Part shown: one piece after another, positions 39,481 to 52,336 of the stretch
How the letters are laid out: the number at the start of each line of letters is the position of its first letter
Position numbering within the stretch: position 1 is the first letter of the stretch
NCBI GenBank assembly: GCA_030324005.1
Contig: JARDVH010000106.1
Coordinates: 43,893,538 to 43,957,119, forward strand
Length of the DNA: 63,582 bases
From: Negaprion brevirostris
Lineage: Eukaryota
Reading direction: 5' to 3'
Notes under the pieces: generated by a model
What the model was told of the DNA's origin: nothing
What the model saw: the letters and a program-made list of their open reading frames with translations, nothing else
Database searches by the model: none
Position numbers and translations under genes: made by a program

Positions 39481-40654
39481 AACATCATGCACATTCTGCC
39501 TGTTGCCCTTTTGATGACACTATGTTGCTGAAAGGCTGATCCAATTCTCATGGTCAGGCTTCATTAGCATGCTATCACCAAATTGTTCATACATGATGAG
39601 TGCAAGTAGTTATCTGCCAATGGTGGGGGCAAGAAACTGGGCAGCTCCTTCATGAAGCAAGGTTGGATGAATTCCATAAGAGGGGGAGGAAATAGCTGGT
39701 GGGACCTGTGAATGGATGGATGAGCTGATGGATCAGTCTCGTGTACATCAGATCTCTAACTACCCACTCAGAGAATTTGATCTTTGCAGTACTTTCACCA
39801 GAAACTGTATTTTCCCCAAGGTTTCTGGATATAGTCAACACCCAAATAGTACATCCCAGCAGAACCTTTTTAGCTAGGGTTACAGCAGTCCTGATGGCAC
39901 AAAATCCCCAGAGACTCGTTCCTCATAAATTCTTAAAAAGGTCTGGTTGATTCTGGCAAAATGTAACAGTGTTCTTGTTCAATCCATATTTTCTGCTCTC
40001 CCTGCCTTCATCTTTCCATCCTGTCTGGAATTGTATTGTGCATATGGTTCTTTAAAGTGCTCCCTTTTGTCCCCTCAACTGCAGGTTGTGTTCGACAAAT
40101 AGGTACTTGTCTTTCTGGGTTTTGAGATCAGTTGTTAAACAATATGAAATTAATTTTCTACTTACTCTTTGCTTTTTATCTTTCATCCCCTAGTAACCAC
40201 AAATCACATGGGCATTTCTTTGCTTGCTTGCTAGAAAGTCCCATTATACCCCTTTCTGAAAACTCCCCATTTTCACTGTAGAATTGAAAAGATATTCCGC
40301 AAAAATAATATAGGTCTTTCCCAAAGTGCAAGGATGGTCACACAGAGGATTGTCATTTAAATGGATGAATTACACTTTTTTTGCTAATGCCTGAGCTACC
40401 AATATAAAGGGCATGCCAAAATGGTGATAGTCTGGATTTTAATTGGAATGGAGTGCTTTGTGCTATGCTGTGATTTTCAGAGTAGTACTGATCTGATCCA
40501 ACCCAAAATCAATGACAAAAAATTGGCCTTCATTTTTGTTTCTTTCTATTGTTACAAGGATTATTTTGTCAGTATGGTAATACCCATAATTTTAGCATAA
40601 AAAATGGGTGATGTGTATTGAAAATTGCTCCCTATGAGTCTGTACAAGCCTCAA

Positions 40655-40926
40655 ACGGTGGTACAGCGGTTTGCACTGCTGCCTGACAGCGCCAGGGACC
40701 CGGTTCAATTCCCGACATGGGTCACTGTCTATGCGGAGTCTGCACATTCTCTCCGTGTCTGCATTGGTTTCCTCCGGGTGCTCTGGTTTCCTCCTACAAG
40801 CTGAAAGACATGTTGATTGGGTGCATTCACCCAAACAGGCGCCGGAATGTGACGACTAGGGGAATTTCACAGTAACTTCATTGCAATGTTAATATAAGCC
40901 TTACTTGTGACAAATAAATAAACTTT
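40655..40926 (+). mobile_element. V-SINE (HE1-like), tail type A
   Basis: tRNA head, V-domain and tail caggcgccggaatgtgacgactaggggaatttcacagtaacttcattgc...aataaacttt. Confidence 0.9.
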
Positions 40927-42833
40927 AATGTGGAGATCAAGTGCCTGAACAACCTTAATGAGAAGTGAAGAAATGAATAAAACAATAACTAAGGATTACT
41001 GATTTAAAAGAACAGAAGAAAGGTTACATTCCCAAAATTCTACTTTTTTTTTCAAAACAAAATCAAATTCTCAGCTTGTATTTTACTTGTAAGCCCTAAT
41101 TATTGAGCCGGATTGACAGCTGGTATTTGAGATGTTCACAAAGGTGACAGTTCTTTCACTCAGTGAACATCACTCACACACTGATCAAAGACATCCTTGA
41201 AGTTTGCTTGTTAATACTTAATACATTTGTAATTTAAAACCAAAAGAAAATTAATGTTGTTGCTTGCAATCTGCATTCTTTTTATAAATTCTTCTATTGT
41301 TTCCTTTCTTGGTTGTTTTAAATAATCTTAAACAATTGCATTTTATTTCATTTAGAAGCCATTACCAAGAGAAGAGATGAAAATGCTAACAATAGCATAT
41401 GTGATGGGCTACATGGAACATGAATTTATAATCTGTAGTGGGTAAGTTATTTTCCATAAATGCTTTCTTGCCAGTTAAACCCAGTGGAACCCAAATCTGG
41501 TGTCATGCCATATCTATCTTTCTGGCTTGCGATGTGAAATCATTCAAAGCAACTTAGCATCTATAATGATGACAGCTTCAAATGATTCCAATAATGCAGA
41601 GCAGAAATAAATACTGTGAATTATCATCAGAAATAAACAATTTCCACACATGTTGTATAAAAACAAAGCATATTTAAGAATACCTTATCATGCATTCTCA
41701 GGGCATGGAAATCTCTTAAGCTAATCATTACTTCACAAAAGTAAATAGCTGATAAATGTGTTGTGATCTTGTCACTGTTATTGATTCTCTGCATGGTAGT
41801 ATTGTATCCCACTTCGCACAGTGACTGAGACTGTATGCCACAATTACAAAGTGTTAGCAAAATAGAGATTCAAAACTAAATCCAACCATTATCATACATT
41901 TTGCAGAAAATAAAAAAGACTCGCATTTGTGAATCATGAGGCGAGTCTAGTGTGAAACTTCAAAAGAACATAGACTTCTCTCCTGAGCAGGCCCTACACT
42001 TCACACTTTTCCTTCATTTTCCACGTGTAACTAGGAGCCTTTGTTCCTGCCACTTTGTTAGATGGCCTCCAGAACTTGTGATTTACCATTGTACTGCAGT
42101 CAGAAATGCAGTGTGGTTTTCCAGAAACCAGGTGACAGGTAGCATCCCAGCCACATTGTCAATCAAGAAAGATTTATTTCTCTTATCCATCTCTTCCCTC
42201 TCTGCGGCAATGTGTCTCCACCAAACTCAGAATAACATCTTTCACTGATGCTGACATTTCCAATTTCCAGATATCCTCGCATTATTGTCTTTTGGAGCAT
42301 AATTGGAAACTTGATCCCAATCAATTCCAATTCAGCAACACTTTGTTCTTCCAATCAACAGATATCTTTCTAGCCCAGCATTAGTATGGGAATTGTTCTA
42401 AGGCTTGTGATCATTGAAATGCAGATGAAACAAAAATATTTATTGATTTTGAAAAGACTTAATTGCAAAGCTGCTCATGCGCCCTATGGATTTTAATGAA
42501 GGAGAAAAGACAATACCAGTGAAGGCATGATTTTGCAAATGTGGAAGTGAAAGTAACACATAAGAAACTGAAGTTTGCCTTGTCACCGAATCCCTCTGTA
42601 CTTGACCTCAATATACATTCTTACAAATCCCATTCTTACAGTAGGCATTTCCCTACAGAGCATAAATCTTCCAAACCTTTCATCTTTCTTTAATAAACAA
42701 ATTATTATTTCATGAACATTTTCTTTTATGCATGCATGTTAACACAGCTTTTTTTCATTGTGCAACTTGAAATTTCTGATGAATTCAAAAATCTCAGGGT
42801 ATGATTAACGTCATATTGTTACAGCTCTATTAT

Positions 42834-43146
42834 GGAGGTACAGTGGTACAGTGGTTAGCACTACTGCCTCACAGTGCCAGGGACCAGGGTTCGATTCCCA
42901 GCTTGGGTCACTGTCTGTGCAAAGTCTGCAAGTTCTCCCCATGTCTGTGTGGTTTGCCTCCTTGTGCTGTGGTTTCCTCCTGCAGCCTGAAAGACATGCT
43001 AATTAGGCAGTCAGACTATATTTTCCCACAGTGTATCCAAACAGGTGCCAGACTGTGGTGATTAGGGGATTTTCACAATGACTTCATTGCAGTGTTAATG
43101 TAAACTGACTTGTGACACGAATAAATAAACTTTAAACTTAAACTTT
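42834..43146 (+). mobile_element. V-SINE (HE1-like), tail type A
   Basis: tggtacagtggttagcactactgcctcacagtgccagggaccagggttcgattccc head, V-domain, and a type A tail ending in aaacttt/aaactta repeats. Confidence 0.9.
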
Positions 43147-43742
43147 AATTCTTCATATTTCCTGTTTAATTGACTACACTTTATGGATAGTCAATATTAA
43201 ATACTTCAATGGCTGGGAAGATCTGGTATCATCACAAATTTCCATCAAACACCGTAAGTATGAAGAGATTAACATGATTGATATAACTTCAGCAGCGAGA
43301 TTCATCTATGTGATCCACTGAAATGTGTAAACTACAAAGTCGGCACTTTATATGTGCATTCCATTAGTGGGATAGCTGGACACAATACAACAGATGGTGT
43401 GACATCATAAAAACAGTATAAAGTATGTAGATGCACATGAAATAGAAATCTGGGCAACAATATGTACTGGTTTTTTAACCCTTTCTCATTTCTATTTTGT
43501 ACTGAGTTTACTAAGAAATAAACAACTCTTTTTAGAAACCAAATGGAGATTACAAACACATGAACATATAAAATAATAACAGCAGTAGCCTGTAAGGCAC
43601 CCCCCCACCCCAATCCTGCTCCAGCATTCAATAAGATCATAGCTGATTTGATCTTGGCCTCAATGCCAATTTCCCATCTGTTTTCCCCATCCTTAGGCTC
43701 CCCAATATTTCAAGAGTTTCAATCAAAACCGTAAATATATTA

Positions 43743-46022
43743 GGAGGTATTTTCCCAAAATATTTCATAATGGCGAGAAAACAGGAGTTGTAAGCACCGG
43801 TCTCTTTGACATGCTCCGCCGTACATTCCTTCAACACTCGGGCAATGAAAGAGCCTCAAAGCGAATCACGCCATTATGGAGGGTCCAGGCACCTGATTCA
43901 CCCAAAGTGGCTGCAGCTGTGTGCCGCTGATAAGGAAGAGATGCACAGAAGCTCTAATAATACATTCACAGTCAGTGACGCCAGGAAGGTGGCACTGCGT
44001 AGAGTAGCTCCACACTTTACGAAGGAAGAGCTGGGATGGCTGCTGGAGGCCATTGAGGAGGGCCATCTTCTTCCCATAGACAGTCAACGGCCCAGGCTGT
44101 CAATACGGCCTGGGAAGCGGTGGCAGCAGTTTTGGGAGTCAGTGCGTATGCACTGACATGGAGGAGAGGCAGCCAGTGCAGAAAGGAAATTAATGACTTC
44201 CTTTAGGCAGTAAGGGTGAGTGTCCATCTCATCCTGGCATCAGTCCTGCCTGTCGCACCTGGAATGTCCATGCCGATCCACCTCCTGACACTCCATGGCC
44301 TTCCAGCACCCAACTCCTAGCACCTAGCACCTTTTTCCAACCTATCCGGGGTCCCTGTCATAACTCCTCTCTGTCGAGACACAGTGCTGGCATAGGCCAC
44401 CCAACTGTCCTCAGCCCACACACCCTCCCAGCTATCAAGGTTTCAATAACCTCTTTTGTTCCATAGGAGAAGATGGCCCATAACTGAAGGAAGTAGGAGA
44501 AAATTGGAGGTGGGGTCCACAAGCCGCATCTCCTCCCTCTCTTTGAGAAACGCTGGAACTGTCAAGGGAAGCAGCACAGAGGGCTGTGACCGACAGCCAA
44601 GTTAGCATGTGCCACAGAAGTGAGGATCCACAAAACCTTCATTCATGACCGACCTCAACTAAGTTGCAATCTGCCGAGATACTTGTCCCTTGCATGCCAT
44701 GAACCATGTGTCTTGTACTGCAGGAGATGACCCTGATGAGATTGAACTGTTAGAGGCCATTGCTCCCCTCCCCCAACACTCCCAACTGAGACCCCTGTCG
44801 ACACTTCAGAGGAAACCTCCAAGGAAACCTCCAAGGAATGTACCTACCACTCGACACAGGCATCACCCACAACATCTTGCCAGCGTCAATACACTCACCA
44901 CAGTGAGGCTTCTGAGTCACTTTATGATCATCATAACACAGCCATACATGCACATTAGCTGGAGGCGGAAATACCTGAGAGCTCGGGAGCTGGTGGTTTG
45001 CTGGAGCCAAGGAAACAGTTGGAGCTGAGGAAACAACTGGCCCCCAGCCAGGTGCCAAGTTGCTGGAGATGTAGAGGCAAAGCAAGGCATCGCAGGAGAG
45101 GATGTCAGCAATGTTTTTCCAACTGTGAGGCTATTTGGAGGAGTCCCACAGCCTTCAGATGCAGGAAGATAGCACCAGCATTGCATGGCACCCAGACCAA
45201 CAATGCAGTAGAAAGCTTAGGACAAGAAATGGTTGCATTGGAGGCAGAGTAGAAGGCTAAGTTGAGGAAGACTATGGCTGAGGGCACTAGGAGCATACTG
45301 GAGACACAGAGTGTCATGGCTGTGGGCCTCAAAACATAGCCAAGTCACTGAGGGGCACCAGAGCTTGGTCCAGACTCAGAGAGCTGTCACTAAGGGCTCT
45401 CACACCATGGTGCAGACAATGTTGGGCCTCCTGGATTGGCAGAGCAGGTGACCCTGTTCACCCCAGCTGCCCCATTCCATGGAGTATTCCAGGGGCTATC
45501 AGGTACCCTGATGGAGGAGAAAGGACTGGAAACCATGCCTATCACATTTGGGAGACTCCGACTGTTCCCTGACCTTCCAAATCACCCCCTCCAGACACCA
45601 GTGCGTCCCACAGGGAGCGGACTGAACAGGATGCAACAACTACATCTGTGACACCTCATCCCGCACCATGGCAGCGGCTGCAAAACACCCCACACCCGCA
45701 AACACCACCCAGGGGTTGATGCTCAATGGTACTGACTTCCTCGCTCTCCTTTGCTCTTGCTGTGCCTGAGTCACATTTTTATCGAGCAGCAGCGATTTGC
45801 ACCAGCGTGACATCTCGCTGGAGAGGTGGAAAGCATCTGGAAGGGGATAGCATGTGTGCTGAACTTGTCAATGATAACAAAATCAGTCAAATTCATGCTC
45901 AAGGAGCTGGCAAGACAGCAAGTCATTTGGCGCTGACACAAATTGGATTGTTAGCTTTACATGCTATACTCCCAGCTCGCTGCACTGACTGTCGGGTGCA
46001 GCGAGGTAGTAAAACTGTGCCC
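43743..46022 (+). mobile_element. PIF/Harbinger derivative retaining only the Myb/SANT-like gene
   Basis: Termini ggaggtattttccc... and ...aaaactgtgccc. Contains a spliced Myb/SANT-like pseudogene and no transposase motifs. Confidence 0.7.
43989..45600 (+). pseudogene. Harbinger Myb/SANT-like (trihelix, NAIF1/MSANTD-type) DNA-binding protein, decayed
   Basis: RRVAPHFTKEELGWLLEAIEE../AWEAVAA../RRGSQCRKEINDFL, donor agg|gtgagt at 44216, acceptor ccatag|gag at 44467 then EKMAHN..EKIGGG, and a third acceptor at 44724. Contains stops and frameshifts. Confidence 0.75.
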
Positions 46023-47042
46023 ATTCAATGGCTCAGTTTCCACAGCTCTCTGCTAACATAAGTCTGAGTGAACATAAATAGATTTGCCTGTAGGCAAGGT
46101 ACGTGTCAGAAATTCTCATTCTCTTAACTGAATCATTTAGTTAAACAGAACTGTTAGCATTGTGCTTCAAGTTGACGGTCACTGATCCACTTTAATTGTG
46201 CTGTCAGTAATCTAAGATGAATGGACCTTATGTTCACTGGTTGTTTTGTAAACCCCATACATGGGACTTGACTGTTCAAGGAAATTAATTAAGAGAAGGT
46301 TTTTAATGAATTGGGCCCCATTAGTTCCGAGAGCTTTTGTATACATTACATGATGTAAAGCTGCTTGAGTGTTACTGATGTTGCAAAGACGTAGCAAGTG
46401 GTGAGTAATCACAGCTTTGCATCTTTAAATGGTAAAGGTGCTGTGAGGACTCAAGAGGTAAGCCACTTATTGTGGGTTACTCTGTCTCTGGCTTGCTCTT
46501 GTAGCCATGGNNNNNNNNNNCTATAGTTGGTTTATTTAACTGCTGACTAGACATGAGGTTATTTAAGGTTATCCAGGGTAGCCCTCTCTTGTAGTGGGTT
46601 TGGTGGTATTTAATCTGACAGGAGAATGGTGGATGGGGACATAAGTCTTCGCAGCTCTACTCCAATTAAGCCTCTAGTGGAAGTCCTTGCTGTCTTGTTG
46701 CCAACTGAAGCCCTTAATTGAGCAATTAGTTCCCATTTAAGGGGCTCATTCCACTGCTGGCAATGGATGAGAGATTTGCCTTGCAGAAAGGGCAAAGAGC
46801 AATCCCAGGATTGCTTGCAAGCTTCGAGGAGGTCCATCCTCTCAGTGCCTGATTGAGGGGCTCAGTATTGGCAAGCGGGGTTGTCTCCTGAGAACCATAC
46901 CTCTGCCCTCACTGCCAATGCCTTCCCCCCCAACTCCCACCCACCAAAATCTACCTGTGCCTGGGTTCATTGACGATTCCGGGTCTCAGGCAGGTGCATG
47001 ACCAGCAGTAGCCACCATCTCCTCATTGTTGGTGACAAACTT

Positions 47043-47387
47043 CATAGAATGCTGATGGGCAGAAGGAGGCCATTCAGTCCAGCACCAATTCTCCGACAGA
47101 GCTTCTTACTCAGGGTCACCCTGACTTCTCCCGCTGACCCCATGTATTTACCTCGCTAATCCTCCTAACCTACACATTTTGGGATACTAAGGGACAATTT
47201 GGCATGGCCAGTCCACCTGACCTACATATCTTTGGACGGTAGGCGGAAAGCAATGCACTCAGAGGAAACCCACACATGCGTGGGGAGAATGTGCAAACTC
47301 TACACAGACAGTCACCCAAGGCTGGAATCGAACTCGGGTTCCTGGTGCTGGGAGATAGCAGTGCTAACCACTGTGTTGCGCACGCCC
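47043..47387 (-). mobile_element. V-SINE (HE1), CR1-type tail B
   Basis: Reverse-strand tRNA head and V-domain, with tail gaatggcctccttctg...attctatg. Confidence 0.9.
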
Positions 47388-47778
47388 AATCTCTGATCTG
47401 CTGGCCCTCTCCCCAGGCAGAACATCTGTCCTGGGGTCTGTGATCCAGGAAAAGGTCTACTGCTGCCTAATTAAGCTTTTAATTCACACATATTGTGATT
47501 GGAATTCCTCAAAAGAGGCAACGTGGGCTCTTATCAGCTTATGAGACTCCTGTTGCCTACATTAAATACTACCTCAGGTTGGGCTGTAAGTTGATGTGGG
47601 GAACTTCAGATTGTGAAAGGAGTTGTACCCCATGCAATGATCTGAAATGCCCCTCTTCTGATTATTTGATCACACAAAGGTCATGAATAAAGCAGTTGGA
47701 GATGTTTGGGCTGAGGACACACCTGAGTGTGCATGTGCATGTACTAGTTTGCACCTGTATCTTTGCCTTGGAGAAGCA

Positions 47779-47919
47779 TTGATGGAAACTTTATATAATA
47801 GTCCAATGAGATTATGTCATCTATAAATGTGGAAATTATTTTGCTTTTGATTATATAATGCTTATATAGATTTATAGATGACATAATCTCATTGGACTAT
47901 TATATAAAGTTTCCATCAA
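47779..47919. repeat. Perfect 50-bp inverted repeat with a 41-nt spacer
   Basis: 47779-47828 is the exact reverse complement of 47870-47919. Confidence 0.95.
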
Positions 47920-47920
47920 G

Positions 47921-48397
47921 TGTAAGATTTGGGATTCAGAGGTATTAAAACTTTTTAATTAAAATCTCCAAGGTCCAAATTCTTAATTTTGAACTTTAGG
48001 ATCCTTAATTGTGTCCGACGTAACCAAGTACAAATAACTAGTATTAATTAATCAGGTAGATTTTATTAAGAAAGATTTTACATACACTTAACAAAAACAG
48101 TGAAGACAGCCTGGAGATTCCTTATCCCTCAAATTCCTTGGATTCTTTAAGCATTGCCAACTTAGGCGATGCACTTCTCTTCTAGATTCTGGAGTGAAGT
48201 TGAACGGTGTTGCAGAAGAATCATACCACACAAGCCATAGTACAATGTGTCAATTTTTCCAACTTTCATCCCCATTGTTTTTATTATTTCACAATTCCTT
48301 ATTTGTGATAAAATCCCTTATTTAAATTCGCCACTTCTATTGGCTTAGGGTGTGAATCATCTCGTGTCATCCCATCCCTGTAACTAGAATTTTGTCA
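47921..48397 (-). mobile_element. Probable LTR running into an N gap
   Basis: Begins tgtaag, has ttttatt (minus-strand aataaa) at ~48061, and shares its layout with the other solo LTRs. The far end is hidden by the gap. Confidence 0.4.
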
Positions 48398-48703
48398 NNN
48401 NNNNNNNNNNNNNNNNNNNNNNNNNNNNNNNNNNNNNNNNNNNNNNNNNNNNNNNNNNNNNNNNNNNNNNNNNNNNNNNNNNNNNNNNNNNNNNNNNNNN
48501 NNNNNNNNNNNNNNNNNNNNNNNNNNNNNNNNNNNNNNNNNNNNNNNNNNNNNNNNNNNNNNNNNNNNNNNNNNNNNNNNNNNNNNNNNNNNNNNNNNNN
48601 NNNNNNNNNNNNNNNNNNNNNNNNNNNNNNNNNNNNNNNNNNNNNNNNNNNNNNNNNNNNNNNNNNNNNNNNNNNNNNNNNNNNNNNNNNNNNNNNNNNN
48701 NNN

Positions 48704-48782
48704 NTGCTTTTTTCTTAATTGGTCAGTGCAACATCGAGGGCCGAAGGGCCTGTTCTGCGCTGTAATGTTCTATGTTCTATGT
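48704..48782 (+). mobile_element. CR1 3' tail
   Basis: caacatcgagggccgaagggcctgttctgcgctgtaatgttctatgttctatg. Confidence 0.75.
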
Positions 48783-49552
48783 AGGTATAAACTGAACCAT
48801 TAAAAAATGGTTCATGATAAAATCTATAAATGTTTCAGACCAACAATGCACTATATAAGTTAGTAGTATTACCAAAGTCTTACACATGTCATTGGCTATA
48901 TTGGTGTTATTAAATGTGGGTAACCGTCATGTTAAGAAATGGTACCTTTCATAAAGGTTCAAGTACCCCTTTCTGCCGGCTCATTTGGCACTTAGAATTT
49001 TATGGCAAGATTACCTCTTTAGTGCTCTTTTGTTAAGATTGCGTCCACTGTGTTGACATCTAGCAGGACACTTGCATTCAGACAGAATGACCATTGATTC
49101 AGTGAATCAGAGGTTTAGAGTTTGGTTCCCACTCCAGACAGTTTGGTGAGATCTTAATATTGAAGAACTATTAAGAAGTTCATAGAAAGACCCTGCGTAG
49201 CTTTAAACACAGTTACCTCTCATCGTGAAGACTTTCTGGCAGGCCAGCAACGAGAAAGTATTCTGAAGATGAAACCCTCAAGGAAGGCAACATGAAGCCA
49301 TGGCAGCTATAATTCCTTCCTCATGGCTCATGAATCTCATGCACTGACTTGAGTTAGGACACAATGGATCAGCCCCAAGTCAGAAAATAGGAAATGAAGT
49401 ATGCCATGCTGTCATTTGAGCCTTTAAAGAAGGTCATAGCTGACATACATTCCAACTCAATTTACTAATCTTTGCCTAACAAAAACCTATTGGTCTCAAT
49501 CTTGAAAATTTTAGTGGACATTCTTTTGGTGATCAAAACTGACTGCAGTCTG

Positions 49553-49598
49553 ATCAGCTGCACAGAACCTTGTCTGATGAAGGTTCTGTGCAGCTGAT
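49553..49598. repeat. Perfect 19-bp hairpin with an 8-nt loop
   Basis: atcagctgcacagaacctt-gtctgatg-aaggttctgtgcagctgat. Confidence 0.9.
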
Positions 49599-50339
49599 GC
49601 ATCACTTATTGTCTTTTTCATTCCATCAACCTTGAGATAACGACCAGAGTCCCATTCAATTTTGGGATTACTTTTTGTACCTGGATACTAGCCAATGTTC
49701 AGGTGTGAGCCCAGATAGTCAGCATCAACAAGTTACTCAACCATTCAAAACATTACAGTTGTGTTCATTCATGCCCTGACTGAATACTACTGCAAGTTAA
49801 TTTTTGAACATAAGCCAGTACAATACTAATCAAGAAAAGAAACCAGAGTTGATTTCAAGAGTACTTAAACCAACAATAGAGCTCCTACCACTATTCTAGC
49901 TGAGATCCTGCACAAGGCAGGGATCAAAGTATTTATTCTGCAAAGGGCTGAATTCTAATAAGTTTACTTGGTTCTCTTTGCAAATGAGAGCTTCCAATTG
50001 TGGATTCAATCCAAAACTTAACTTTAGGCATATAATAAACAGGATACAAAATGTCACAAAAATCCATTCTACTATATACTTGTAGTTGGGTATAATGCGA
50101 GATTCCATTATGGCATTTCAAAAGGCAGATCCTTTCAGTCATATAGATAATCTTGATAATAGGCTAAATTATTGAATAGGTTTAGTTACAAATAGAATGT
50201 TTCTGAAGGCAAACAAAACAATATGGTATTGAAGTTAACACGCAGAAGATGAACACTCAGGAGGAAGGCTCCAAAAGGTAATATTGTGTCACATGGCAAA
50301 CGAGAGGTCATGCACAACTTTGATTCAAGAAAGAGATGA

Positions 50340-50880
50340 AAAGATACTTTATAAATCAGAGCCAATGGGATAGGGAACAAGCACAGAAAGAAATCGAAGA
50401 GGTAAATACAATGTTAGCCTTTGTATTTAGAGAACTGGAATATGTGGGGGTAGAAGTCATGTTTCAGCTATACAAGGCCCTGGTGTGACCACATCTGGTG
50501 GACAATGAGTGGTCTGTGCATCAATTCATCAAAAGGCATATTAGTCTCGGAAAGACTGTTCTGTACGGTTTACTGAAATTAAACCTGGAATTCAAGGATG
50601 AAATTGTAAGGATAAATTATAGAAACTATAGTCTTGGAATTCACAAAACAAAAAGGTGATTTGATCAACACTTTCAAAATTTTAGTGAGAAGAGTAGTTG
50701 GAGAGACGTTATGGGAAGAATTTTCCATTTTCTGCACAGATTGTTGGCTGAGGTGAGAAAACCAGCATGCAGCTTGTAGAATGCACAACTGGCTTTTCTC
50801 TCCAGATAATCGTATTCTGTTGAAAAAGTCTAGAGGTGTGGCCCACACCATCATACTGGTGGAGGAGGGCTAACAGCAGG
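50340..50880 (+). mobile_element. Old CR1 3' ORF2 fragment
   Basis: MLAFVFRELEYVGVEVMFQLYKALV.PHL and KGDLINTFKIL. Confidence 0.7.
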
Positions 50881-50951
50881 GAATCCAATTTAAAATACAG
50901 AACCTCACCCCCCACCCCCAGCCCCCTCAAACACAACAAACCAAATGGGCC

Positions 50952-51874
50952 TGTTAGGGACCAGATCCAAAAGGCTAAAGTATATTGTGAAGTTAGCCTG
51001 GACTCTAGCTTATTTTGATTTTAGCATTAGTGCGAACATAAGGTGTTTCCCTCCAGATGTGATTCCATTAATCCACTAGGAAGCTTTCATTTAAACAAAT
51101 TTTATTTAAGAACACAGTTAGAATATAACTGAAAGAATTAGCATAACCTTTACCAACTTAAACACTTGACATGACAAGTTATAATTTATAACAACTAGTT
51201 ATCTCTACAGTTTCAATTTAAGTAATATCCCCAAAGACATACATCCTTCTTCAGAACTAGTTAACACAAAAAAAACAGATATGCCCACATGGATGCTAGA
51301 TTTCCAGCCTTTTAACNNNNNNNNNNNNNNNNNNNNNNNNNNNNNNNNNNNNNNNNNNNNNNNNNNNNNNNNNNNNNNNNNNNNNNNNNNNNNNNNNNNN
51401 NNNNNNNNNNNNNNNNATCCAGAAAGACACCTCCTTCTGACTCCCATACAACTGTTTCCAGAGAAGGATCTACCTTCATACAACAACTTCAGGGAAAGAC
51501 CTATTTTCTGGCAGATCCCAGTTTCCAAATCCAGAGAGAGAAGGGGACAGACAGAGCGCTATTTCTTCTCCCTACAGCTCCCAAACTGCAATTGAACTGG
51601 GTTTCTCTCTGCAAGCCTGGCCCTGCCCAGGCAAGTGACTTTACTTGTCAATCGACCTAATCAAGTCTCACTCTGAAAAATGCCAGGAGAAAACACAAAA
51701 ATAACAACCTTGCATTAGTCCTGATTAAAACAAACATTCTAACAATTAAGATCAATTATGCTGCTGCAGTAACAATAGAAGATGCTGGTTCTAGACAAAA
51801 CAGCACCGATAAATAGAAGTGACTGCCAAAAAAGAATCCTGCACAACATGATACAAATACACAGGATCATCACA
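50952..51874 (-). mobile_element. Solo LTR
   Basis: tgttag...atcaca termini, imperfect TSD gggcc/gtgcc, and minus-strand aataaa at ~51100. Confidence 0.6.
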
Positions 51875-52236
51875 GTGCCCCCCATACTTTTCCTTTGCTT
51901 GGTTCTCATTTATGAAAAGTAGTTAAAAATCTTGCTTATCTGACATCATGTTGATGAAGGGGAAGTCCAAATGTGGGGGAATGACATGGCGGGGAAGCTT
52001 GTTAATTATATTAAACTATATTAAAATTTATTGAAGTGAGGTTTCCGAACTTCCTGGACTGATACACAGTCTTAGGCTGCATATCATCCATGATTTCACT
52101 GAATGTTGGAACAGGCTTAAGGGGTGACGTGGCTGAGCCCTCTTGCTACATTCATCAAATATATAATTTTCAGGATCAAATAAGCAATATTATTGCTTAC
52201 TTGATCTCTTATTTGATTTCTTATTTGATCCCACCT

Positions 52237-52336
52237 CTGACAAAGGGTCATTCTGACTCAAAATGTTGGCTCTACTCTCTCTTCACTGAGGCTGTCAGAT
52301 CTGCTGAAAGTTCCCAGTATATTCTGTTGTTGTTCT
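52237..52336 (+). mobile_element. Short Penelope-type terminal fragment with a decayed hammerhead-like motif
   Basis: ctgacaaagggtcattctgactcaaaatgttggctctactctctc...gctgtcagatctgctga. A homologous inverted copy lies at 60371-60465. Confidence 0.55.

Noticed and set aside
38909-39514. Longest ORF (201 aa, hydrophobic)
   Set aside because: A by-product of a polypyrimidine tract lacking stop codons. The same applies to 34352-34861 and 32192-32638.
41356-41441. Plus-strand AG/GT-bounded 86-nt open segment (KPLPREEMKMLTIAYVMGYMEHEFIICS)
   Set aside because: Isolated and unrecognised, so it cannot be told apart from a pseudo-exon.
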